Under the pieces are notes generated by a model. That model was not told the DNA's origin. It made no database searches and saw only the letters and a program-made list of their open reading frames with translations. This document shows, piece by piece, positions 17,178 through 26,817 of a DNA stretch of 64,000 nucleotides (position 1 is its first letter; every line of letters starts with the position of its first letter). Source of the stretch: Elusimicrobiaceae bacterium (GTDB taxonomy: Bacteria > Elusimicrobiota > Elusimicrobia > Elusimicrobiales > Elusimicrobiaceae); contig JBGUOO010000041.1 of NCBI GenBank assembly GCA_045129775.1, forward strand, positions 1,545-65,544, read 5' to 3'. A program made the position numbers and the translations under genes.

Positions 17178-18740
17178 ATGAACAAACATACACTTACTAC
17201 ATGTATATACCTTTGTGTTTATTTGCTGGCTACCTGTGCAGGGTTGCCGGCACACGCCGGCAGTGAAAAAACCCTCCGGCATGTGGTCAAAGCCGCTACC
17301 GGCCAAGGCTTGACCTTACAAGTAGAACGTAAACTAGCCGGGCTTACCTATGCCCCTCATTTGTCCGTTCCTAATTCTTTCATCCAAAATCCACACCCAA
17401 ATTTCCAACCGGCTGTAGCTTCAACCGTTGTTACCGCGGCCCATACGATCCCGGTATTGGAAGATGAGGGCGTGTCCATTGCCGACGGCAAGGGGAAAGA
17501 AACCGGCAAACATTCCATTGTACCTTCCGCCATGACGGTGTTAGGTTCACCGGCAATTGTGCGTAGCGAAGAACGTAGCATTATGTATTTGCGTCAGCAA
17601 GCCCAAATAGCCAGCACAGCCGAATATATCCCGCCGTTGGAACGGGAACGTTGGAAAGAAGAATTTGAGGCTTTGCGTGTATTGTGGATTAAAGCAGACC
17701 CCAGCAACCTTGAGGATTTGCCGCGCTACTTAACCCACGAAGTTCCGCCTGACACCTTAGCCTATTTACAACGCGAATATACAACATTAACCCAACTTAT
17801 CCAAAAAAACTATGCTATCGTTATGCCAAAAGTCATCTATTCCTCTTTAACAAACGAGGGAAAACAACTGGGACTACAAGAAAAAGTGTACATCAATAAA
17901 ATTATTTTTCAAACGCGTTTAAAAGTATCGATTCTCTTAAAAGCTATTAACAAAGATCCGTACTTACTGGTGCAACAAAAATTTTGGGACCGTATGTTCG
18001 GTGCGTTCAACCCGCTAATCAAAGGCATGCTGGCCAAGCCGACCTCTATCTTCCGCCAAGATAACCGCACCTTTGTCATGGCCGAGTTTGCCCTGCACAA
18101 CCCGGATGGGACTTCCCCCTATTTACCCAATTCCAAAACCATGATTGCCGGCGAAGAAGAGGACGACGACTTTGACGAAGAACAATATGCGGGCACCCCG
18201 CAAGATTATCAACGCCGCGCCGCCCAAATGGCCCAAGAGAAACAACACAAAGCCGCTATGATGCAACTGGCCGAACAAGAGCGCGACGAGCTCTTAAAAA
18301 ATATCCCGGAAAATTTACGGATTGCGGTCATTAATGACGACCGTCTTCCCTTAGTCAATTTTGAATACTGGGCTAAAAACGGTTATTTAGGCAAAGGGGC
18401 GCGGGTGGCTACCTTTCGTAACGGACGTGATTTTTTGAAAGAAATCCGCAACGGTACCCGCTATCACATTGTCATTACCGATTTAGTGCTCGAAGACGGC
18501 GGTGTAGATATGATGGAAACCTTCCGCATTTTAGACTCAAACGCCGCGGTGTTTGCTTCCAGCAAGTTTTATCCCGGCGACGGGGACGACCATTCATCCC
18601 GAGATTTGTTCAACTTTGGGATGGACGGCTATATTTGGAATAATACCAACTTAAACGAAGGTGCCTTTGGTTACCTGCAATACTTGCGCCAACTCAACAA
18701 TTATTATTACTACAAAAACAAATACGGTTGGCAAAGATAA
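17178..18740 (+). CDS. Hypothetical exported protein with a C-terminal atypical receiver-like domain
   Basis: N-terminal signal-like segment; LRIAVINDD...IVITDL...FASS...GMDGYIW receiver pattern. Confidence 0.7.
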   Translation: MNKHTLTTCIYLCVYLLATCAGLPAHAGSEKTLRHVVKAATGQGLTLQVERKLAGLTYAPHLSVPNSFIQNPHPNFQPAVASTVVTAAHTIPVLEDEGVSIADGKGKETGKHSIVPSAMTVLGSPAIVRSEERSIMYLRQQAQIASTAEYIPPLERERWKEEFEALRVLWIKADPSNLEDLPRYLTHEVPPDTLAYLQREYTTLTQLIQKNYAIVMPKVIYSSLTNEGKQLGLQEKVYINKIIFQTRLKVSILLKAINKDPYLLVQQKFWDRMFGAFNPLIKGMLAKPTSIFRQDNRTFVMAEFALHNPDGTSPYLPNSKTMIAGEEEDDDFDEEQYAGTPQDYQRRAAQMAQEKQHKAAMMQLAEQERDELLKNIPENLRIAVINDDRLPLVNFEYWAKNGYLGKGARVATFRNGRDFLKEIRNGTRYHIVITDLVLEDGGVDMMETFRILDSNAAVFASSKFYPGDGDDHSSRDLFNFGMDGYIWNNTNLNEGAFGYLQYLRQLNNYYYYKNKYGWQR

Positions 18741-18869
18741 ATAAAACGGATCCCCCTGCCGCCCGCTACAACCCAGCGGGCGGTTTTTTGTCGGCCCCAG
18801 TATCAAAAGCCCAAATGCAAAATAAGAAGAAATTATGTAGAATGAGATGGTAGTAAATTAAAAATTGAA

Positions 18870-19109
18870 TTGTTTTTGGAACCGTATGTAGAATACGGAG
18901 GACTTTTGGAAACAAAAGTTTTATGCGAGTCCAAAAACAGCCGATTTAGGCACACAAAGGCGACGGCCCGCGTGTGCCGAATGTTTCCCGCACTTGTTGC
19001 GGGAACTACGGCTGTTCCCGTTGGGTTCACTCGCATAAACTCCGGTGGCGACAGCCGTTTTTGCATACACGTTTCCAAAAAAGAATAATAGGAAAAATGT
19101 ATGCAAAAA
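18870..19109 (+). ncRNA. Structured pilin leader, copy B
   Basis: P1 18870-18879/18931-18940; terminator 19008-19062; 12-bp start-codon hairpin 19058-19069/19098-19109. Confidence 0.85.
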
Positions 19110-19643
19110 AGAAATACCCGGCGGGGTTTTACGCTTATTGAGTTGTTAGTCGTTGTGCTTATTATTGGCATATTAGCCGCCGTAGCCGTGCCACAGTACC
19201 AAAAAGCCGTTTGGAAAAGCCGCTTTGCCACGATTAAAAACTTGGCCAAAAGTATTGCAAATGCCGAAGAAGTATATTATTTGGCTAACGGACAATATAC
19301 CAAAGATTGGGACGCGTTGGATATTGGGTTAGACAGCGCTACCTCCTGTACCAACGAAGAAGATGAACATAGTTACTGTTATTTTTCATGGGGATATTGC
19401 CGAATTAATAAAAATCTTACGCAAAACGAGTGTGATATATACCATAACGGCAATCCCATTTTAGGCTATAAATTGATGTTTAACAAGATAAACAGTAACG
19501 CGGCAGGCCAAGCACAGTGCTTTGCAAGGAGTTTCTCCAGCGCAGAAGATATACAAATTAAAATATGCCAAAGTGAAACAGGAAAACAGGAAAATGATTG
19601 GGGAAATATAACTACAGACTATATGGGTTGGAATTATCTTTAA
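19101..19643 (+). CDS. Type IV pilin (PilE-like)
   Basis: G|FTLIELLVVVLIIGILAAVAVPQYQKAV; Cys-containing variable C-terminus. Confidence 0.92.
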   Translation: MQKRNTRRGFTLIELLVVVLIIGILAAVAVPQYQKAVWKSRFATIKNLAKSIANAEEVYYLANGQYTKDWDALDIGLDSATSCTNEEDEHSYCYFSWGYCRINKNLTQNECDIYHNGNPILGYKLMFNKINSNAAGQAQCFARSFSSAEDIQIKICQSETGKQENDWGNITTDYMGWNYL

Positions 19644-19665
19644 AACATAATAGCACCTATTAAAC

Positions 19666-19695
19666 AAACGCCCCCGGCTTGCCGGGGGCGTTTTT
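19666..19695. terminator. Bidirectional terminator, pilin / SWIB gene
   Basis: AAACGCCCCCGGC / GCCGGGGGCGTTT. Confidence 0.85.
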
Positions 19696-19719
19696 ATTCA
19701 AAACTCTTACCAACTCAAA

Positions 19720-19974
19720 TTAGCTGAGGTGTTTGGAAAGATATTTGTTCATTTCAAACATGCTGATTTGGGTTTTGCCGTCAAACAACGGGGCTAGTTT
19801 AGCATCGGTATTGATCATGCGTTTGTTGGTTTTATCTTGCAAACCGTTGGTTTTAATGTAGGTCCACATTTTTTTCACTACTTCCGTGCGGGGAAGAGCG
19901 GTGGTACCAATCACAGCCGCCAAGGTGGTGCTGGGGGTTAAGGGTTTCATAAATTGAGCGTTAGCTTTTGCCAT
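19720..19974 (-). CDS. SWIB/MDM2 domain protein
   Basis: LAAVIG...PRTEVVKKMWTYIKTNGLQD...INTDAKL...MFEMNKYLSKHL; SD AGGAGG. Confidence 0.92.
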   Translation of the reverse strand: MAKANAQFMKPLTPSTTLAAVIGTTALPRTEVVKKMWTYIKTNGLQDKTNKRMINTDAKLAPLFDGKTQISMFEMNKYLSKHLS

Positions 19975-20113
19975 AAACAGGCCTCCTTTTGATTTAAGTT
20001 ACCTTTAGTATAGTATATTACAGCCAATTTGTATAGTGTATTTTAGGCCTAAATGCCAACGCCCCCTTTCTATAATAGAAAAGGGGCGTTATTGCTACAA
20101 CTTATCGGAAAGT

Positions 20114-21730
20114 TTATTTCACTTTCGGGGCGGCGCTTAGAATGGCTTTAGAGCAGCCCGCTTCGTATTTTTTGAAGTTCTCCACGAAAGACTTAGCAAG
20201 CGCCATGTATTTTTCCATATACGCTTTTTTGTCTTTCCAGGTTTTCTGCGGGTTTAAAATGTTCGCAGGAACGCCCGCGCAAGCGGTGGGGATTTGGAAG
20301 CCAAACACCGGGTCAGTCACAAATTTGCCTTTGGCAAGTTTACCGTCCAACGCCGCGTTGAGCAATGCGCGCGTATATTTAATGCTAATACGGCTGCCCA
20401 CGCCATAGGGGCCGCCAATCCAACCGGTGTTGACCAGCCAGCAGTTGACTTTGTGCTTTTGGATTTTCTTTTTCAAGAGTTCCGCATACACAGACGGGTG
20501 CAACGGCATAAACGGCCCGCCAAAGCAGGTAGAGAACGTGCTGGTGGGTTCTTTGACGCCTTTTTCGGTACCGGCCACTTTGGCGGTGTAACCGCTGATG
20601 AAGTGGTACAAGGCTTGGTCGGCCGAGAGTTTAGAGATAGGCGGCATTACCCCAAAGGCATCACAAGTTAAAAAGATAATGTTTTTGGGGTGGGTAGCGC
20701 GTTTAGATTCCACGGCGTTGTCAATAAAGTTCAAGGGATAGCACGCGCGGGTGTTTTCGGTCAGCGTGTCATCGTCCAGGTTGAGTTTGCCGGTTTCGGG
20801 GTCAAAGACCACGTTTTCCAAGACCGTGCCGAAGCGGCGGGTAGTGGAATAGATTTGCGGTTCGGCTTCTTCGTTAAGGCGGATCACTTTAGCGTAGCAG
20901 CCGCCTTCAAAGTTAAATACACCGTCGTCGTCCCAGCCGTGTTCGTCGTCGCCAATTAAACCGCGGGTAATATCGGCCGACAAGGTGGTTTTACCGGTGC
21001 CGGAAAGACCGAAGAAAATGGCGCTGTCGTTCTTTTTGCCGACGTTGGCCGAGCAGTGCATGGTCATAATGCCTTTTTGCGGCAAGAGGAAGTTCATAAC
21101 CGTGAACAGGGCTTTTTTGTTTTCGCCGCCGTATTCGGAGCCAATGACCAAAATCATTTTCTTTTTGAAGTTAATCAAAATAGCGGTTTCGGACACGGTA
21201 CCGTCGGTTTTCGGGTTTACTTTCATTTTGGGCACGCAGATTAAAGTAAACTGCGGCACAAATTTTTTCAGTTCCGCTTGGGCCGGCTCAATGAACATAT
21301 TTTTGACAAAAATGTTCGTCCAGGCACATTCGGTAATGGCGCGCACTTTCACGCGGGAAGCTTCGCTAGAACCCACATAGGCGTCGCGCACGAATAAATC
21401 TTTATTGGCTACATATTTTTGCACTTTGGCAAAAATTTGGTTGAAATATTTTTCTTTAATACCTTTGTTGCTTTTGTTGTAAAACAGTTTTCCGTCAATA
21501 TCTTTGGTTTCCACAAAGTAGCGGTCGTTGGGGCTGCGGCCGGTATGTTTGCCCGTGCTTACGCACAGCGGCCCGCCGTAAACGATATTGGCTTCATTGC
21601 GTTTTAACGCTTCTTGATACAAGGCCGGGGTGGAAAGGTTCCAATAGACGGTCTTGGTGGTTTTGATTCCGGCTTTGTCTAAACCGTAGGTCGGTTTAAA
21701 GAAGTCCGGCTTTGCATTCAATGTTTTCAT
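20114..21730 (-). CDS. pckA: Phosphoenolpyruvate carboxykinase (ATP)
   Basis: TGRSPNDR, FFGLSGTGKTTLS, LIGDDEHGW, FNFEGGCYAK, ENTRACYP. Confidence 0.97.
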   Translation of the reverse strand: MKTLNAKPDFFKPTYGLDKAGIKTTKTVYWNLSTPALYQEALKRNEANIVYGGPLCVSTGKHTGRSPNDRYFVETKDIDGKLFYNKSNKGIKEKYFNQIFAKVQKYVANKDLFVRDAYVGSSEASRVKVRAITECAWTNIFVKNMFIEPAQAELKKFVPQFTLICVPKMKVNPKTDGTVSETAILINFKKKMILVIGSEYGGENKKALFTVMNFLLPQKGIMTMHCSANVGKKNDSAIFFGLSGTGKTTLSADITRGLIGDDEHGWDDDGVFNFEGGCYAKVIRLNEEAEPQIYSTTRRFGTVLENVVFDPETGKLNLDDDTLTENTRACYPLNFIDNAVESKRATHPKNIIFLTCDAFGVMPPISKLSADQALYHFISGYTAKVAGTEKGVKEPTSTFSTCFGGPFMPLHPSVYAELLKKKIQKHKVNCWLVNTGWIGGPYGVGSRISIKYTRALLNAALDGKLAKGKFVTDPVFGFQIPTACAGVPANILNPQKTWKDKKAYMEKYMALAKSFVENFKKYEAGCSKAILSAAPKVK

Positions 21731-21746
21731 TTATTTTCCCTCTGTA

Positions 21747-22925
21747 CTAATTTATCCCCTCACGGGGCAGATTTTTTAGCGCGTCCGCAATGCGGCGCAC
21801 TCCTTCTATAATGGCGGTTTTATCCGCACAAAAACTGATACGCAAATACCCTTCGGCGCCAAAGGCCTTACCGGGTACGGTGGCCACGAGGGCTTTGTCC
21901 AATAAATACGCGGCCAACTTCTCAGAGCCCGCACAATAATGGCTAAAATCCACAAAGCTGTAAAAGGTCCCTTGCGGCTTTTCCACACGCAAATGCGGGA
22001 TGTTGGCCAGTTCGGCAAGGAGCGTGTTGCGGTTATCTTCCAATACGCGGCACAAATCTTGCACACAATCTTGCGGGCCGTTTAACGCGGCCGCTGCGGC
22101 CACTTCGCTCATGTCACTATTGCACGAGGTGCTTTGCGCCTGCATTTTGCCCATAGCGCTGATTAAATCTTTATTGGCACTGACGGCCCAACCGATACGT
22201 AGTCCCGTCAAGCCATAGAGTTTAGACACGCCGTTAATTAAAACTAAATTTTCAAAATTCTTCGCATACGCGCACGGATTAGGCGTTTTGGCACCGTCAA
22301 AAACGAGTTGGTGGTAAATATCATCCATGACGAGGAAAATTTGCTTTTGCTCGGCAAATTCCACTATTTTTTGAATAAAATCGGCACTGAAAATGTGCCC
22401 CGCCGGGTTGCACGGGCTGTTGATTAAAATGGCTTTGGTGCGCGGCGTAACAGCTTTTATCACTTCGTCCGCAGTTACGCGCAAACCCTGCGCGGGCTTG
22501 ACGATAACCGGGGTGCCCCCTGCCAGTTTGACCATCTCGGGGTAGCTGACCCAAAACGGCGCCGGGAAAACGACTTCGTCCCCCGCTTCCACGGCGGCCA
22601 GTAGAAAATTAAAAAGCGCTTGTTTGGCCCCGGCCGATACAATGACGTTGGCCGGCTCAAACGTGTGGCCGTAATGCGCGGCGGTATAGTTTAAAATAGC
22701 TTTTTTAAGTTCGGGCGTGCCGGACGAGGGCGTATATTTAATTTGGCGGGTTTGGGCTTTTTGAATAATGGCGTCTACGGCGCTTTGCGGGGCCGGATAG
22801 GTCGGCTCCCCCCCGCCCAAATGGATGACGGGTTTACCCGCAGCTTTTAACGCGCGGGCAGTAGCATTGATTTTAAGGGTGGGCGAATCGCCAATTTGAC
22901 GGGCCCGGGTACTTAAACAAATCAT
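21747..22925 (-). CDS. PLP-dependent class I/II aminotransferase (AspAT-like)
   Basis: GEPTYP, INSPCNPAG, DDIY, NGVSKLYGLTGLRIGW; start placed at ATG 22925. Confidence 0.92.
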   Translation of the reverse strand: MICLSTRARQIGDSPTLKINATARALKAAGKPVIHLGGGEPTYPAPQSAVDAIIQKAQTRQIKYTPSSGTPELKKAILNYTAAHYGHTFEPANVIVSAGAKQALFNFLLAAVEAGDEVVFPAPFWVSYPEMVKLAGGTPVIVKPAQGLRVTADEVIKAVTPRTKAILINSPCNPAGHIFSADFIQKIVEFAEQKQIFLVMDDIYHQLVFDGAKTPNPCAYAKNFENLVLINGVSKLYGLTGLRIGWAVSANKDLISAMGKMQAQSTSCNSDMSEVAAAAALNGPQDCVQDLCRVLEDNRNTLLAELANIPHLRVEKPQGTFYSFVDFSHYCAGSEKLAAYLLDKALVATVPGKAFGAEGYLRISFCADKTAIIEGVRRIADALKNLPREGIN

Positions 22926-23036
22926 TAGTATTATTTTATATAATTTCCACCCTTTTTGCACGAAAAATACCCTGAAATCCATTGAAAAAAGTTGTTATTT
23001 AACAAGTTTTTTATTATACTATAGATACAATTTAAC

Positions 23037-23254
23037 CTGTTTTTGGAACCGTATAAAGAATACGGACTCTTTTGATAGCAAAAGTTTGATTCGCGTCCGA
23101 AAACAGCTGTTATAGGCACAAAATAGTGGAACTTATAATCCCACCGTTTTGTGCCGAGTGTTTATCGTTTTGCGATAGGCCACGGCTGTTATTGTAGGGA
23201 GTGCGAATCAACCCGGCAGTAGTGGCCGTTTTTAAATGCGTTTTTCAAAGACAG
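23037..23254 (+). ncRNA. Structured pilin leader, copy C
   Basis: P1 23037-23046/23097-23106; terminator 23182-23233 with several G-U pairs; downstream P1-complement 23244-23254. Confidence 0.85.
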
Positions 23255-23283
23255 AAATTACAAATTGCAAAGGAGAAAGTCTT

Positions 23284-23787
23284 ATGAAAAACGTAAAAAA
23301 ACAGGGTTTTACCCTTATAGAGTTGTTAGTAGTAGTGCTCATTATCGGTATTTTGGCCGCAGTAGCCGTGCCGCAATATAAACAAGCCGTACTGAAAGCT
23401 CACTTCATAAAAGTGTTTCAAATAGCTCAAAATATGAAAAAAACCGCAGACTTATATTATTTACAAAACGGCCAATATAAAGACGGCCTGCTCACCGAAT
23501 TAGATATTGACTATAAAAAGATATGTAAAGGAGATAATAACGCACTCAAATGCGAGAAAGGATTTGTAATTGACCCAAATCCCACCAATCTTTTTCTCTA
23601 TTATAGCCCAGATATTACTTTTTCCATGGGCTATGTAGCAGCTATGCAAACTTACGAAAATACCCCTAAACAAAACCGTTTTGCGATGCATATCTATTTT
23701 AACCATACGGCACTTTCCAATCAAATAGTTTGTGCTAGTTCAGGGAATGTATCCCTCTGTAAAAAAATGTTAAGTGGAATAAAATAG
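23284..23787 (+). CDS. Type IV pilin (PilE-like)
   Basis: G|FTLIELLVVVLIIGILAAVAVPQYK; SD AAGGAG before ATG 23284. Confidence 0.92.
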   Translation: MKNVKKQGFTLIELLVVVLIIGILAAVAVPQYKQAVLKAHFIKVFQIAQNMKKTADLYYLQNGQYKDGLLTELDIDYKKICKGDNNALKCEKGFVIDPNPTNLFLYYSPDITFSMGYVAAMQTYENTPKQNRFAMHIYFNHTALSNQIVCASSGNVSLCKKMLSGIK

Positions 23788-23863
23788 CATAAAAAAATAA
23801 TAAGCAAACAGCCCTATTTTTAATAAGGCCGCCCTCATTATCCATAAAACGAAATGCTCTTTT

Positions 23864-25717
23864 CTATTTTTCTTTGACAATCCGGTCTTGCACCTGTTCG
23901 GTAAATGTCAGGCGGTCGCGGTGGACAAAACCCGCGTGGGTTAACACTTCTTTGCGGATAAAGTGTGTAGGCACCCACTCCCATTTGCCGTCCACTTTTT
24001 TCAAAAGCCGCACGGTTTTAATCGGGTAAAAATCAGGCGTAAAAAGCGCCAAATACGCGGCTAAGCCACCGCCTTTCATATACGGTACGTCGCCCGCGTT
24101 TTGTACGCGGTTTTGCGGGTAAATCGTAGCGCGCAGGTGCGGAATATCGCGCAGGGCACGCTCGGCACGGCCGACGGTAAGCACGTCGCGCGAGGCATCT
24201 AACCCGTCGCCCACCATGGAGCTAGCACGCACCCGGTCAATATCGGGTTTTTTCAAATCTTTGACGTAGGAAACTTTCCCCAACGTGACTACCCGCGGCT
24301 CTAATGTTTCCATATCAAACGTTACTACACGCACGTTATCAAACACCACCGGCTCAAACCGGGCAACAGTTGAAGTGCCATCATAGCCTTCGTGCACACG
24401 GCCCATATAGCCACCGTCACTAAAGGCCATTTGGCATACGCCGCCCACTTTGTCAAAATTATTGACTTGAATGGTGGTAGATGTAGGCGTTTGTGCTTTT
24501 AACCCAAGCATCGGGTCATTTTGCATAGATACTGCGGCTTGAGAACGGCTGGCCATTTCACGTAAAGCGCCATATTTATCTTTATAAGGGGCCGTCATCA
24601 TGTGTCCAAATTGTTCCAAGGTTAAGTATTTATCCGGGTTGCCCAACGCCCAGCGTTCCTGTAATTTGTTAAAGGCACTGGCATCCTGCGGGGTAAAAGG
24701 ATAATCCTTGGCAATTAAGTTGCGCCGTTCGTTTTCCAACGCTACCCATTTGGGGCTGTTTAAGTAAAATTCCGGCACGGCTTCTTCGTAAAAAGCTGTT
24801 TTGCGCCGCTGGGTAAAGTAGTCCTTTAAACTCACTTGTGTACCGTCGGCAAGTTGAACCGGCTCATTCCATAATTTATTGATAAGTGCGCGGTTGGTGC
24901 TGGTGATGCCGGGTTTGCTGATTTCAGCGTACATGGCTTCCCAATTTTTACGAAGGCCTGACGAAAGCTCCGGCGAGTTTTTATACGAAAACCCTTGCTT
25001 AAACGTATAATCTTTCATCGCACTCATCAACTCTTTGAGTTGGGCATTATGCGTAAAAATAGTGCCGTCTTCTTCGGCCAGTTTTACAAAAATATCTACG
25101 TTTTGGTTAAATTTATTTTTATAATACTGGGCGGGCAAACGCTTGGTGCCAGGAATCAGTTTGTTGGCATACATAAAGTCCGGCAGGCGGCCCGTATCGC
25201 GCAGGGGGTTTAAAATAATTTCCTGCGCCTCTTCCATAGGCATCCAGTACAAATACTCAATGATGTTATTCATTTGGCGCGGGGTCATCCCTTCAATGGC
25301 TTCTACCTGGTCGCGCGGTTTAAAATAACCGTTTTTAAAATATTCCAACCAATCGTTAATCAGTTGTTCTTCTTCCAACAATCCCGACGGGTAACGCTTG
25401 TTAATAAAATTGCGTTTGGGTTGCACATTGTGGGAAGTTGCCAAATCCATAAACGGCAACCCGGCGTATAAGTAGCCACTGCGCGACGAAGCACGTACCG
25501 CTTGCTGACTAACGCCGTGAGGTACTGTGGCTTGCGCGGCGGCCCGCTCCACTTGCGCCGCCAGTTGCGAAGTAGCCGGCGGCACATATTTGACCCCTTG
25601 CAGGGCGGTGCGGCTAGACACTGCTTTTTTGGCACCGTTTAACACCATTTTGCCCCCTTGGGCAGATGCGGCAAACGGCACACATACAACAAGTAAAGTT
25701 ACAATAGATTTGTTCAT
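23864..25717 (-). CDS. Hypothetical secreted protein
   Basis: Signal peptide MNKSIVTLLVVCVPFAASA; about 617 aa; no recognised domain. Confidence 0.8.
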   Translation of the reverse strand: MNKSIVTLLVVCVPFAASAQGGKMVLNGAKKAVSSRTALQGVKYVPPATSQLAAQVERAAAQATVPHGVSQQAVRASSRSGYLYAGLPFMDLATSHNVQPKRNFINKRYPSGLLEEEQLINDWLEYFKNGYFKPRDQVEAIEGMTPRQMNNIIEYLYWMPMEEAQEIILNPLRDTGRLPDFMYANKLIPGTKRLPAQYYKNKFNQNVDIFVKLAEEDGTIFTHNAQLKELMSAMKDYTFKQGFSYKNSPELSSGLRKNWEAMYAEISKPGITSTNRALINKLWNEPVQLADGTQVSLKDYFTQRRKTAFYEEAVPEFYLNSPKWVALENERRNLIAKDYPFTPQDASAFNKLQERWALGNPDKYLTLEQFGHMMTAPYKDKYGALREMASRSQAAVSMQNDPMLGLKAQTPTSTTIQVNNFDKVGGVCQMAFSDGGYMGRVHEGYDGTSTVARFEPVVFDNVRVVTFDMETLEPRVVTLGKVSYVKDLKKPDIDRVRASSMVGDGLDASRDVLTVGRAERALRDIPHLRATIYPQNRVQNAGDVPYMKGGGLAAYLALFTPDFYPIKTVRLLKKVDGKWEWVPTHFIRKEVLTHAGFVHRDRLTFTEQVQDRIVKEK

Positions 25718-25802
25718 ATTTTTATTATGCCTATTGTACGCGTGCAATACAAGGGCCCTTGGGCCTATACGCCCCTAGGCCCTAAAAAGCTATAATATAA
25801 GT

Positions 25803-26606
25803 ATGAATTACGTCGTCATCTTACTGGGGATAGGGGTTATTTGGTACGTGCTGGCATGTATAGGCGGGCGTATTATTTTCCGCCCGAAAAAAAAGCGCTG
25901 GCCTTTAAAATTGCCGTTTACCGCCGTGCATTGCGGGCCGTTGGTGGGCGTTTATTTGGCGGCCCAATCCGGTAAACCCACGCTTGTATTTTTCCACGGG
26001 CGGGGCGGAAATATATCCCACTTTGAAAATTTTGCCCAAGCGTATGTAGCGCTAGGCTATGGCGTGCTAATGCTGGACTACCGCGGCTTTGGCCTTTCTA
26101 AAGGAACCCCCAGCCAAAAGCACTTGCAACAAGATGCGTTGTCCACCGTTCATTATGCGCTGGACGCTTTGCAAATCCCCCCGCAAAACGTAGTATTATA
26201 TGGCCATTCGTTAGGCAATGCCTGCGCGTTATACGCCGCACAAGCGTTCAAAAATTTGCCGTTCAAAGCCTTGATTTTGCAAAGCCCGTTTTTAAGTACG
26301 CCCGACATGGCCGCCAGCTGGGCCACGCACGGCTATCAACCCAAGGCGTGGAATTACCGCCTAATTCGTGCGGTTGTAACCCCGTTTTTGTGGTTTAATC
26401 TTTTTGATAACACCCGCTTAACGCCCGGGCTTACAGGGCCGGTGTTGCTGTGCACCAGCAAGGCCGACGTTACTTTACCGTGGCAACAAAGTGCCAAGCT
26501 GGTTGACGGTATTTCACAGGTGCAACGCTTTTTATCACCAACGGGCGGGCACGACGAATTTGCTTGGGCCGCCGCAGCCGTGAATGAGTTTCTATCTTCT
26601 TTGTAA
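25803..26606 (+). CDS. Alpha/beta hydrolase (ABHD13/YfhR-like)
   Basis: N-terminal TM segment, FFHGRGG, DYRGFGLS, GHSLG nucleophile elbow, GGHDE. Confidence 0.9.
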   Translation: MNYVVILLGIGVIWYVLACIGGRIIFRPKKKRWPLKLPFTAVHCGPLVGVYLAAQSGKPTLVFFHGRGGNISHFENFAQAYVALGYGVLMLDYRGFGLSKGTPSQKHLQQDALSTVHYALDALQIPPQNVVLYGHSLGNACALYAAQAFKNLPFKALILQSPFLSTPDMAASWATHGYQPKAWNYRLIRAVVTPFLWFNLFDNTRLTPGLTGPVLLCTSKADVTLPWQQSAKLVDGISQVQRFLSPTGGHDEFAWAAAAVNEFLSSL

Positions 26607-26679
26607 ACTAGCTTAGTAGGTAGAAGTTTGATATAATAGAGATAGATATCTGCGCCTGCCACTCGGCAACGATATAATT

Positions 26680-26764
26680 GGAGAGGTGTGTGAGTGGTTG
26701 AAACAGCAGGTCTCGAAAACCTGTAAACCGCAAGGTTTCGAGGGTTCAAATCCCTCCCTCTCCG
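26680..26764 (+). tRNA. tRNA-Ser(CGA)
   Basis: GGAGAGG/CCTCTCC acceptor stem, G73, anticodon arm CAGGT-CTCGAAA-ACCTG, long variable arm. Confidence 0.95.
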
Positions 26765-26817
26765 TAGCAATTTAAAAGCCCCCAAACCGGGGGCTTTTAA
26801 GTTATATTTAAATCAAT

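Noticed and set aside
18870-19088. Leader-peptide attenuation (frame FLEPYxEYG; ORFs 18870-19088 and 44069-44257)
   Set aside because: No SD or ATG, reading-frame length varies from about 12 to 72 codons, and copy F is frameshifted. Substitutions in E and F conserve pairing and not amino acids. Not fully excluded without Ribo-seq.
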